Assembly: GCA_951406725.2 (NCBI GenBank)
Contig: OX597819.1
Coordinates: 84,692,001-84,756,000 of the forward strand
Length of the DNA: 64,000 nt
Reading direction: 5' to 3'
Source of the DNA: Octopus vulgaris
Lineage: Eukaryota
A program made the translations under genes and the position numbers. Positions 36,965 to 50,830 of this stretch are shown here, in pieces; positions within the stretch are counted from its first letter, which is position 1, and each line of letters opens with the position of its first letter. The notes beneath the pieces are model-generated. The model had not been told where the DNA came from and made no database searches. It worked only from the letters and a program-made list of their open reading frames with translations.

Positions 36965-38499
36965 ATAAATAAGGTTTCTCTCAGTCCAATCACAAGACTT
37001 TGGTTAGCCCAAAGCTATGACACTTGCCCAAGATGCATTGCAGTGAGCCTGAACCTGGAACCATGTTGTTGGGAAGCAAGCTTCTTACTACACATATATA
37101 CTGTGCCTGCAAGAATATTCAAGATGGTAAAGTTGAAATCTGAAAAGAATGTCCATGGATAAGATTGCACAAACACTCTTTCCTAATATCTATGCAATAA
37201 ATTAATATTTCGCATCACTTCAAACCAACTATGTTCTGTCTTTAGGTCTTCATAAATCATGATTCAGCCATACATTCAGTGTGAAATTTTGATTATAGTA
37301 GAAGCCAATCATTAAGAAGTGGACCAGATCAATAAAACTTTGTGATGGAAAACAGATAACACATCCTTCACGAAAGAAACATCAAAGATGTTTTATTTGC
37401 GTCTAAGTAGAAGCTCCACTCAAATTCAATTTGCCACAATGCTGATGGCAAAAATTATGCATAAATGTGTTCTATTAAAGTGATTGCCTGAATGTTGATA
37501 GACCAAAACAATTATATGTATTTTTGAAGTTAATCATCTGTTACATATGAGATATGTGAGCTGCCAAAGCATTGCTATCTTAACACTGTCATGCTTTACT
37601 CATTAGCTGCATCACACAGTAGAATACTAATTCCATTGTTCCTCTAGAAGTTTAAAATCCATACAATGACTCAGGCAAGATCTTTTTACAATGACTTGGA
37701 GGCTCAAGAAGAGAGATTTAATTGCTGAATACTGATGAAAATGTTCTACAGATCACCAGTCACACTGACACACCTAACTGGTTTGCAATGACACAGGCAA
37801 ATCTTGCTGACAAGAATTGAAAATACTAATTGGCAAAAGTTATAAGCTTGCCTAAACATTATGTATAAACTTTACACTAACTGTTTAAATCATTTCCTCC
37901 AAAACTACTGTAATTTCAACAACTTAGTGAGTGATGAGCAAACACGTGAAAAGAAAGAGGTGTGGATATGCGCTGAACAACTTTTGATGAAGCTGTGCTG
38001 TCAACAGTGAAAAAAAAAAAGTACTGTAGAAATTTTGTCACATGTCTTGATTATAAAAAGACCATTTAACTAATCTTCACTCAAGAATACTGGAATATTT
38101 TGCATCAAGCAAAAGAAAAGAAAAAACTTGCTGCCTTAGTTGCTGGTTAAGCAACTACGTTTGTAACTGAAAGCACAGCTATTTCTAATGTAATAAATTT
38201 TTCAAAGGAAATATTCCTAACAGATAATGTATTAAAAAAAAATTTTTTTCCAAATTTAAGCACTAAATCCTGTACCCTTTTTTCACAAGAAAAACAGCAA
38301 GAAATATGAATGTAACCTATAATTTTCATTGATGACCTAAATACACTGAATTTAATGCATTTATCTGAAATATGACTGAAATCTGAGTAGAGGAAAAGTT
38401 AATATTTAATAGTTGAATGTAAGAAACACACTTCCCAAATGAAAAACATTAACCATCAGTGGTCTCTATTTCTTCTATTCAATAAATCAAATGCTTATG

Positions 38500-39700
38500 T
38501 ATTGACAAAAATGTATCATATAAAGGTGCAGTGGACAAAGAAGTGACCAAAGAATACTATAACCAGACTTGAAAATATGTGGCAGTCAAAACATTCCCCT
38601 TACAAGACAATATCCCACAAAGCATTTGTAGAATCAGTACTGATACCAACACACTCAGGATACCTGACTAGACTTAAAAGCTGCAAGATCCTAATATTAA
38701 CTGGAAACTTCCACAAAAATACTGACATTGACAGATGATCTCAGAAGAAACAACTGGGGAAGAGGCTTAAGATCAATCCAGACAAACTTTGAGTATTGTA
38801 TAATAATCTCTCAAACAGCATCAGCTAAAAAATAGTAAAAGCTAATACATCAACCAAACGCTTTAAAACTAAGTGAGTAGCATGTTATGTGCTGGGAGTG
38901 AACCCTCCTAGAAACATTTATTGATTGAGGTTTCGACATAAACCCAAAACTACTGGACTGAAATCACCTCAAACAGACCAATGAATATCAAGTTTTCTGG
39001 ATATTTGAGTAATAAAGGGGACATCAAAAAGCATAGCTGCTCTTGGACTCATAACTGTTATATCATTTAATATTTTGCAGAAAATGCTTTTGCAACCTAA
39101 GATGCTGTCAAACAGAAAAGAAAACAGTGAAGTTCTTAAACATCCAAGAAGCAGCCAAAAGTATTGATTATGTCACATATCTGTACCCAAAAATGTTATC
39201 AAGATATTACCTTCCTCTGCAGCATGACCTTGTAATTGAAAGCATATTCAAAGCTGTCTATAAAAAGGATTGCTTTGAGACAATTATCACAAAACTATTT
39301 CTAGTTTTGATGATATACGTACACCCCAACATAAGAAATACTGGTGAAACATTCCCATCAAAGCTTCCATTAACTGCAAACACAAGAGGCATATAACTGC
39401 CTGAGATAGCTATAAAGGTCAGCTGCTCAGTTATGTGAACATTTCATTCAAAAATAGGTGAGAAAGAGAGCATTTTTTGTCAACAGTTATAAAACCTATT
39501 TAGATTATAAATTTATATTCACACTAATAATCACTGGAGTACATGATGAAGTTAAGAAGTGTTTAAGTAATAGTTAAGAAAAACTGGGATTTTCAAACTA
39601 AGAAAGAGGCCAGCTGATTAATAATATTCTGCAACTTCAAGCTGTAAGTGGAATAGTAAAAATATACAAAACATTTCTGAATTTTAAGACATAACTATAC
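38500..39700 (+). mobile_element. Highly degenerate R4/Dong-like non-LTR retrotransposon 3' half
   Basis: GNFHKNTDIDR*..GRGLRSI (compare LHPxSDxDRLYxxRxxGGRGL), QHDLV, terminal LQLQAVSGIVKIYKTFL. Confidence 0.5.
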
Positions 39701-41953
39701 TGTTGTTATTAGCTAAATTCCAATGACAGTGCTTTTTTCTTTTTCTTTCTTTTTTGTTAACCAGTAAATTCTTTAGAGGAAAGAGATCAAAGAATTGAAA
39801 AAAATACGCAAATATATACACAGATATATTTTAGCCATTTTTCTATGAATCCAAAATGTAAATCAAAGTATAACTTTCCGAATTTATAATTTAGTCAGGT
39901 GACCTATATGTGCTCTCAAACTTATGGTATCAACATGATTACAAGAGAAAGTGAAAAAGTGTTATCTTCATTATATAATCATATACTAATAAGGATTTGA
40001 TAAAAATTATTTACTGTACGTGAATGAATATATATATATATATATATATAAAAGTGAATTTAGAAATATTAGGAAATAACATTTGCAATGAATATTTATG
40101 AACCTATATCAAATATTACTGGGACTGAAAATAAATTTGGAAAAAATAATAATGATGATTTTGCTAATGATGGTTAGTAATCATTTCTATTAATTTTCAT
40201 TAATAATATTAAAATGATAATGATGATTTATTTTTATTATTATAAGAAAATTTGATTTGAGAAAAATTGTTTTAAAAAATAACTTGGGGAAATTATGCTT
40301 TTTGTGATGATATTTAAAAGTAAATTTTAAAAGCTGATAACAGAGAAGAATCCATATATAAACACCCAAAGAGATTTTTAAAACTTTAAGAGAAAAATGC
40401 CCCATAAAATATCCTTAAGTATATTGTTCTTCAAAAAACAATACATCATGTGAACACAATTTAACTATTATTTTTGTCATCTATTGGTAGAATCATCCTA
40501 CCTTTGAAGAGGAAGTATTAAAAAAAAAATCAACAATTTTAGAGAAACAAGGTTAAATACATAAGCAAAAAAAGGGTAAATTCTACATCTTATACACTGT
40601 TAACCAAACACCATTGCTGACAGATGATATGTTCTAATCTTTTATATTTGATTTCCTATTTATACTGGAAGTATATATACTGTGGTGATGAATCTCATAA
40701 TCTATGTATAGGTACAAAGTCAAAAATGTGGGGGAGGGCAAGCAGTCGATTATATCGATCTCACTTCTAAATAATGCACGATGAATTCAAAACAATGTGA
40801 ATAAAGAAGCGTCACATTTGACAAGAGTAATCTGAATTGTAAAGGGTTAAATCTGCTTGCCTGAACCAAATCTATTTCTTTGTTTTTTTTTTTTCTTTCA
40901 AAAAGAAACTATCTTTAGGAAAATCTGAATGCGTCACTTGTCAATTTTACTCTACTCTGCTGTCCAGATCAGTAAAATGCACCTACATACCCAGTGATAC
41001 ACTGGCACATTTTTGTACTTGCAGAGGTTCCTCTTTCCAAGTGCTAAAACAGAGCTAAATTGCAGTGTGTGTATGTAAGTTAAAAGCTCAGAACAAGCGT
41101 TTCATTATTTGTGTTATCTTAAATCTAATATATATATATTGTGTGTGGGCTAATTTCTCTGTAAAAATCTATGTATAAAATCCTACTTATGATTCACGCA
41201 AACACAAAAAAACAAAAACATAACCTTCACTTAAATACAAAAAAAGTAAAATAAAAGAAAAATAACAAAACAAGATTTTGACATAATAGTGATCCATAAT
41301 AATAATAATGATAATGATAAATAATAATAATAATTATAAATAAATAAATAACAATAATAAATTTTAAAAATTTGTTTTCTTTTTAGAAATTATACAATTG
41401 TGAAAAAGATTTAATACGGAAATAAAATAACAACAACAATAATGATTGTTCCAAATTTTGGCACATGGGCAGCAAGTGTAGGAATGATGGGGTTAGTCAA
41501 TTACATCAACCCCAGTACTAGACTGGTACTATATTTTATGGAGCCTCCAAAAGAAGGACAGCAAAGTTAACCTCAGCATGATTAGAGCTCAGAATATGCA
41601 AGGAAACCAAAGAAATGTTGCTAAGCGATTTTGTCCAATGCACTGATGATTCACCCCACTCACCACTTTAACAACAATAATAGGTGTGTAAATGTGAAAT
41701 ATACACATTCTATTTAGAATTTGGCTAACTAAACAGAACCATTTAATATGGGATTTTTTTTTTTTTTTTGCATGATTGAAAGCTTATGGTATTATTATCT
41801 GACAGACTTCAATTATCTTCCAATATATAACACTGTGTAACACAATTTTTGTCCTTCAGTATAGCAACTGTTGTTTCCTATTTGCTTACCCCTAGAAAAT
41901 ATGAATAATGGCTAATATTTCCTTCAAACATTGCTTTTGTTACATTTACAAAG

Positions 41954-42278
41954 AATCCCTCTCAACACATGATGTTCCCCCACTACTCTTGCTCATGATC
42001 AGAGATGTACGTACTGTCAGCCATTAAGGGACATGCTCAAGTGGTTAAGGTCAAGCAGCTGACAAGCAAATCTGTGGTGCTGAGCAGAGTATTTGCTTTA
42101 TTGATATTTCTGCTTCAGCAATTCAGTGCTGAATCTGTCTGAAATGTCCAGGTCACAAAAGCAAAGTTTGAAGGAAAGAGTAGTCATTTCCTTTGATTTC
42201 TAGATAGAAGCAAATAGGAAATAACACTTACTGCCCAAAGACAAAAAAATATAAAATTTTTGTTTTACACAGTGTAAT
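41954..42278 (-). repeat. Interspersed repeat; inverted partner of 29655-30008
   Basis: Reverse-complement similarity over ~330 bp. Confidence 0.8.
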
Positions 42279-42529
42279 TCGAGTAGCTGGTCAGAAGAAA
42301 ACCAAAGCTTAATCAGTTAGGATTTGAAGTTGGAAAAATGGAACAAGGAAACAGATACTTTACAATTTCGACAGAAAATAGGAGATGGTATGTGGTACAT
42401 TACAACAGATATTCATAAGTGTCCACCTATGGTCAGTTCCCTGCAGAATTTGAACTCAAAATATAAATAAGGCATTTACCTATCCAGTCTGCTATATTTT
42501 TGCCACCCCAACATTTATTGTCCATAATT

Positions 42530-42750
42530 CTAATAACCCTTTCTACTAAAGGTACAATGCCTGAAATTTGAAGGAGGGGGCTAATCAATTACAGTGACCC
42601 TAGTGTTCAACTGGTATTTATTTTATCAACTCTGAAAGGATGAAAGGCAAAATCTACAACAGAAGAATTTGATCTCAGAACATAAAGCCAAAAGAAATGC
42701 CACTAAGCATTTCATCCGATGAGGTAACAATTCTGACAACTCAGCATTTT
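42530..42750 (-). mobile_element. Degenerate SINE family C copy (others near 8040, 28330, 41445, 43455, 51290)
   Basis: gttcaactggtatttattttatcaactctgaaaggatgaaaggc...gaatttgatctcagaa. Confidence 0.7.
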
Positions 42751-43412
42751 CTTACAAAAATAATGTCAATAAAACCAAGGATAAGAACTTGTTTTGACGC
42801 AAGGACAATGAAGTTAAGCTCATTGTATCAGCACCAGTATATTCAATTCTTAAATATTTTGTGAACAATACATATAAGTTTTCAACAGGCCAATTACTGC
42901 TTCACTTCATTTCTGATGGCAAAAGTGACAGGGAGTGTTCACTGCTCAGTCTGAATAAATAATATTGGCATTTTTGTTTGACACACTGATTAATTGACAA
43001 TTTTCTTATTGAAAGTATATACATACACAAAAATATATTTTATATTTTACACACACAATGGGCTTCTGTACAGTTTCCATCTACTAAATTTCACTCACAA
43101 GACACTGGTCAACTTGAGGTTATGGTGGAAGCAAGTATCTACAGAGTGGTGCAGTAGGATTTGAACCTGGAGCTGCAAAGTTGTGAAATCTAACTTCTTA
43201 AGTAAACAACCACTATATCTGCACCAGGTATTTATGGGTATTTATTTTATGAACTAAAATAAATGACAGGCAAAATAAACCATGCCAGGATCTGAGTTAA
43301 GAAATGTAAGGCAAGGAATTATAAAACATAGTATTTCTGGGGGGAAAAAAAAAACTTTAAAAAAATATTCCTCTCCATTGTAATAATTTCACAAGAGAAA
43401 CAGATGAAAATA

Positions 43413-43449
<37 letters not shown>

Positions 43450-43889
43450 TGATTTCCAACATTGGCACATCACCACACATTTTAGGAAAGGATAAAGTAA
43501 ATTAGACTGACTTCAGTGTATAACAGATACTTATTTTATCAAACCCCCACCATCACCACTACAAAAAGAAAAAAATCTGTAGTCAACTTTGGTGAGATTC
43601 GAATATAAGGGAACACATCTAAATACCATAAAGCATCTTGATCGACACAACTGATTCTGCCATCACCCACTCTTAATAATAATAATAATAATTTCTTTTG
43701 CATTGGCCCAACAAAAATTTTAAGCAAAAAAAAAATCTGAATGATACTGATACTAATTTCTTACACAGGCATAAAGCTTCCAATTTCAAAAGGAAGAATA
43801 GGGAAGACTATTGATAATATATGCAAATTAAGATGGCTACACCATAAAACTGAATTTTTCACAAAAAAAATCATTTAGTTCAGCATACA

Positions 43890-44125
43890 TCTGCTGATAC
43901 AATCTCAGATATATTGTCAGTGTTGTAGCCTGACATCACTGGTTCTTTGGGGTCTTTAATACCCTCATCCAGGCGTCTCAACCGAGGTTGATCAAGCTTA
44001 GGTCAGTATCCAATTCTACTGACCACACCAATCAACTCTTTTCAGCCAAAGTCATCAAGCTGCTTTCTCAGCAGCCTCTAAATTGTTCTTCATAGCTCTT
44101 CTACTTATTCCTTAACTGAATATAC
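43890..44125 (-). mobile_element. HERO/NeSL-like non-LTR retrotransposon 3' end
   Basis: Minus reading RRAMKNNLEAAEKAA**LWLKR, then UTR gcttgatcaacctcggttgagacgcctggatgagggt..aaagacccc..ccagtgatgtcaggctacaacactga; resembles HERO C-terminus and UTR from memory. Confidence 0.6.
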
Positions 44126-44280
44126 ATCCTTAAATCCTTAAAAATGTTTTCGCCCGAAGGCCGCGGCCATGCTGGGGCACCACCGCTGAATGAGCTACAC
44201 TGATACGTGGCACTTGGTCAACAAGGGAGTTCGATGCCGCTGCCTGCATCTGTGTCTCCTGTCGTGAGGTAGGTTCAATA
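44126..44280 (-). mobile_element. Young retroelement 3' end sharing its tail with SINE family B
   Basis: Minus: ggtggtgccccagcatggccgcggccttcgggcgaaaacatttttaaggatttaaggat; CpG-rich. Confidence 0.55.
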
Positions 44281-45039
44281 TGAAAATCTTTTACTCATAA
44301 AAATAGGCCATATTCCATCACAGCAAAGATTGCATAATTACATCATAAATTACCTATTACTAGAGCTAACCAGTTTTGCTTTCTGTCTTTGTTTGCTGAG
44401 AGGATAATAGAAAATATTTAAGAAAAGAAGAAAAATTCCATAAAAGAACCATGTGTGTGAGCTACAATGTACAAAGAAATATTTTGAAAATATTCTAACA
44501 ATTGTCAAAATAATTTAAAAAGTAAACAGCAACAAAATTGCTAGTCAATACTTTTTATGCAGTGGTACTGTGAAAAAAATCTCTAATCATGTGGAGTGCA
44601 ATGGTGAAAGAGAGGAAACAAAAAAAACATCCACTTGACTTTCAGAGAATCCATCTACAATTTGTCAATGAGACAATAATCCTCACTCACTTGCATCTGT
44701 TATTTTTCATTTTATGACCAGAGAAATAATGTGTTAGCTATTTTTAATGATATTAAGCCCTTAACATTTCTCCAAGATCATGATGTTTGTTCAAAACGAT
44801 TAAAAAATAAGTTAACTACTTCTGTGCTAACATATAGATGATTTCTTCTTCAGTTAGCATAAGCACAATGGTTGATGGTATTTTGTTCACAAAAGATTAT
44901 CACAAGTGCCTGAGTTTGTAGTAATAGATCAAACATCATTAAATTTATATGTTCAGAATGCCATAACTTAAAAAGTTAAGAACATCGAAGAATATTCATA
45001 AAACTTCACTTGCTCATAAAAAATTATTCCTAGATCTGT

Positions 45040-45440
45040 AACTCTTTTAATACCGACGCACACATGACAGCCTTGAATCTGATACAATTTTCAATGTTTT
45101 TAAGTGATTTAACCCTTTAGTATTTAAACTAGCCAAAATAGTCTACCAGTTTTTTCTCACCTACCCTAGAATGTCATTCTAAAAACTAAAAAATCACAAC
45201 ACTGAAATCTCAAAGCTATGAGTAATGCATGATGCCAATGTGAATAAATAAGAATTATATTTGACAGAGTAAACTGAATGTTAATGGGTTAAATTAAAAC
45301 ACTCCATCAAAATTCTGTGTGAAGTTGTTCCAAACACCAGTTTCATAATGACAAAATTATTTTACTAAATAATTTGTTATTTTCAAAATTAAAACAAAGG
45401 CAGTGTATTTCAACAGATATTTTGTAATAAAAGGGTTAAA
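45040..45440. mobile_element. Nested TTAA-type MITEs
   Basis: Inner ttaaccctttag...atgggttaa (45110-45292) inside an outer element ending aaaagggttaa; the outer family also occurs near 7520-7705 and 24230-24440. Confidence 0.6.
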
Positions 45441-47021
45441 TATTACTGTTTTTTCATGACTGGCAATAACAGTTGATATTTTGAAACCTTTGGAAAAAAT
45501 ATGACAATAATGACACTTGATATAACTCCATTTTTCAACAATTGATATATAGAAACATGAGTTTTTCTATCTTTCAATATTCAATAAAACATTGGAATAC
45601 TTTTCCAAGTAATATTTACCTTAGATATAGAGTTTCTAAGCACCAGATTAAATATTTTATTTTGTAAGCCCTAAAATTGTAACATTAAATACTTTATCTA
45701 TACAATTTTTGGTTTCTGCAGAATATTACTTACCAATCTTTCTCCCCCCCCCCCACCCTCTTTATTGATAATCATTTATTCTCTTTCATCAATATTAATC
45801 CTTCATTCATTCAAAGCAAAATAATGTTATGGCTTGAAAATTTCCTAAATAGGTTATTCTTATGAAATACAAATTCAGACTCCTGAACTAGCTAACCTAA
45901 TTGAATACTTGAAAAAATTATACAAGAAAACTGAAGTTCAATATTATACTGGATTAGGTTAGGTAACGATTTATTCATTTTTATAGGGAAACTAATTAAT
46001 TCTTATTCTGAACACTCTATCAATTACTCATTTCTTCTTGCAGCATACAAAATTGATAAAAACATGTTTAACTATCGTAACAATCAATAGCTAAGATAGT
46101 ATACCTTATATATAGTTGTAGTCATAAAAATTCAGTTGTATTCACAATATATATTTCAGCTAAAGACTATTGTGTTTAAAGAAAATTGGCTTGCCGATAT
46201 GATGAAAATACAATAAAATCATTAAAAAGAGTTTCACTATTAAATTGGCTTGCCTATAACAACAATCTGAGTTACACAGGCTAGTGGTACATACAAGAAA
46301 AATTTTTTTTTTTAATTAAAATAAAAAAGAGCATACTGGAATCTAAAACAAACCAGATGTATACCATATTGAATTAGGAAAAAGTTAAGAGCTTTCAATA
46401 TGAATAAAATATTGATTGCCTTTAAAATTAACATATTATATGTTTATATTTTAATATTTACAAAGTTCATTTTGGTGAAATTTAATAATCTTTATATATG
46501 AGAGAAGATATTAATAACAGCACATTTGTTTTTTTCTTATTTTTGTTTTCAGGGAAAGCAAAAAACACAAATTTAGATCACTAAAAGAAATGAAAAATTG
46601 TAGAGGATGTCTGTAAAAGTTACTGCTAAAGACCTTACATGCTGGGTGAATCGAGTTAACATTTTTTTTTTTTTTTTTTTTTTGAAAAATTTTCGACAAA
46701 TGATCTAATATGTGCATTGAATTCTTTGCAAATTCCATTCAGATTGAGAATAAAATATTAAATATTAAAGTTGAACAAGGCACAACACTGAAATACAAAG
46801 GACTGGTTTCTAGATTTAACACAAAACACTGAAAACACTTTTACATGTTTGTGCTGAAAGAAACAATAACCAAGCATGAAGTTAGCAATGGAAATAATAC
46901 ATTTGATAAGTGAACGTTGTGAAAACTACAAAAATATTTACTTAGGTGAAAAGTAAACTGGTCAAATAAACATCAATATAAAGGGAAAGAACTCCAACAC
47001 TTCATCACTTGTGACTAGAGT

Positions 47022-48285
<1,264 letters not shown>

Positions 48286-48906
48286 TGAAATAAGCAACAT
48301 GTTAAAATGCACCATTAAATTTCTAAAATATTGACTTCATAGTTTAAATCACAACTGTCATTAGCTATTCATAATGTGTGTTCTTTGATCAAATAAACAT
48401 GTTAAACTGGTTAATCGTTAAATCAAATTTTAAAAAATATTTTCAATTAATAATATACAAAAATATGTAAACTGTGAGGTAGGAATCAAAAGTAAACACC
48501 AATGAATTAAAAGCTAGTTGAGAGTGGGAAAAGGAAAAATTTGTATGTGATTCCTCTTTTATGTCTAAACCGTTGAAAAATTAATAACAAAAGTGTACAT
48601 AAAAAAATTTTTTCACCAATAAAAAAAATATTACATTGTTTTTTTTTTAAATTTTGATTTAAATATAATTTGACCAGATTTAAAAAGTTATTTCCTTGCC
48701 AAAAAATGTTTTCTTTAAAAAGCTGATTTTAACAGGGATCTGTAACTATATTGACAAAAAAAAAAAAACCCTATGTCAAATCACATCACATTATGTAGCA
48801 GAGATGGCAAACCATACATGTAAAATTTTCACCATACTTTTTGTTTAATGAATAAACAATTTTTTTTTTTTTAGGATTTAGGGTTAAAAAGATTTCTAAA
48901 GCTTAC

Positions 48907-49187
48907 TCAGTGGTGAACCAGTGGATGATCTTATAGCAGCTCTGAGGGAAGGTAGAATTGGTTTAGTAGTAGCGGCGGTGGTAGAGGCAGTTGCAGAAGG
49001 AGGAGCCCTTCTTGGCTGTTGAGCAGCAGAGCTGTTGATAGCAGAATTATCTGATAAAGTAACCAGAGTTCTTCTAATTCCTGATGTTGCAGGAGCCGGA
49101 TAATCTTGGAAGTCTTGGCACAACTTTTTAGGTGGAGGCCCACCCAGTCTTTGTGGCTGTGGAGCCTGTGGTGATTTACTTATATCC
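48907..49187 (-). CDS. Internal coding exon (Pro/Ser/Thr/Ala-rich), probably of the BCL11-like gene
   Basis: GC-richer open island DISKSPQAPQPQRLGGPPPKKL...RSSTGSPL; acceptor ttttgttctacaaacAG, donor GTAAGC; phases 2 and 1, compatible with the 35103 acceptor (A|GC = Ser). Confidence 0.75.
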
Positions 49188-50544
49188 CTGTTTGTAGAAC
49201 AAAAGGCAAATGAAGACACACACACACACACAAATAGAAAAACAAAAAGAAAAAAATATCATTTCCACCAACATCATCTGAAGATATGAAATAAGCAGTT
49301 GAAAGCTTTAGCTTGATCAATTCAGTCCTTTTTTTAAGTTCTTCAAAATAAAACTTGAAATTTATACATGTCACTTGAAATGGCTGATTGGAGAGACAAT
49401 AAATAAAAAATGCAATACATAAAATAGAAATATACACATTCAATAAAAATAACTTTCATGTGGTTACATCACTGATCCACAAAAAAATAAATTTTACTGA
49501 AAAAAGTTTCAGTTTTTTTTTTCCACCCCCACTAAAATATCCTAACTACAGTAAATATCAAAATTTCCACTTGGAATCATTTTACATTAAACAAAAATTA
49601 AATCAATCATTATTAGCAAAATTAAAAAGATAATTCTTAAAAAAAAAAATAAAATAAAAATGTACATCAGCCATTGCAAATATTTTTTTCAATTTGAAAA
49701 ATATACACAAAATCACTATCACAACTTTAGAGCTAAAATTAATATTTGTATCAAAAATTTAAGCTTCAATTCTTTTATTCTTCCAAGAGATCACCAAAAG
49801 AAACAAAATCTTGAAGTAAATTAATTAAAATATCTATCTTGTTTATATTTATCTAAACAAATAAAGAACTAACCACCTAATAAATACGAAATAATATTTT
49901 AAATATAAAAGCTTTTCTGGCAAAACAAATCATATACACATACATGCTAACTGTCTTTCAAGACTAACAGAAAAAGAAACAGTAGTGATATGCTTACTTT
50001 GAAGATGGGACCAATTTTAAGAGATGATAATATTTTCAAAATATACATAAATAAAATATGCAGGCAAATATGAAAAAAAAAAAAAAAAAACGAAAAAAAC
50101 CAACCTTTTAAAATGAAACATTGTTCACTGAAGTCTGAACTAGAAAACTTATTGATTAAAGAAAGAAATATCAGTTAGTAAACATGCCTTTTTACTAACA
50201 CTTCACCAAGACCCATCACCACCACCACTAAATATTGATCTCAGGCCTTCTTTGCCAGAAAAGTTAGATAACATATTAGAAATCATTGATAGAGACATTT
50301 TCACATGAGATTTTTTTAAAATTAATATTTTAAGCCTTTTAAAAACAGTATTAAAATCAACCAATACTCTCCCTTCTGATTGACATACTCAGAAAGAATG
50401 CACTAATCAAATACTTTGTTCCTTCCTCCTTGGAAAACCCATATGAAAAAAGTTTCATGTAAAAATATTTTTCTTATTTATCTATAAAGCAATAAACAGC
50501 CATAATATAAAACTATATGAAAGTGGAGTCCCATACAAAAATCA

Positions 50545-50830
50545 TTATTATCATCATTGTTTTAACATTCATTTTAAAATGTAGATACAAGTTGCATAGG
50601 TCCAATGTATAGCAACTCAGGCATCTCAGGTTTTCTTTCATTCCATCTAACTTATTGCTCTAAAGCTCTCCTTAGTTTACACATATTATAGACAACTGTC
50701 ACCAAATCACAACACTTTTTCACCCAGCACTTATCTTTACATTGTTTCATCTGCATACATCACTCCAGCTGCTTTTGCCATTTACACTCCTCGTAAATTA
50801 ACATTGTTCCAACATAACATTCAACTCAAT
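50545..50830 (-). mobile_element. Degenerate RTE-like LINE 3' end with (GAT)n tail
   Basis: Minus reading DKCWVKKCC, then ...gaatgttaaaacaatgatgataatgat, similar to the family A SINE tail. Confidence 0.45.
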
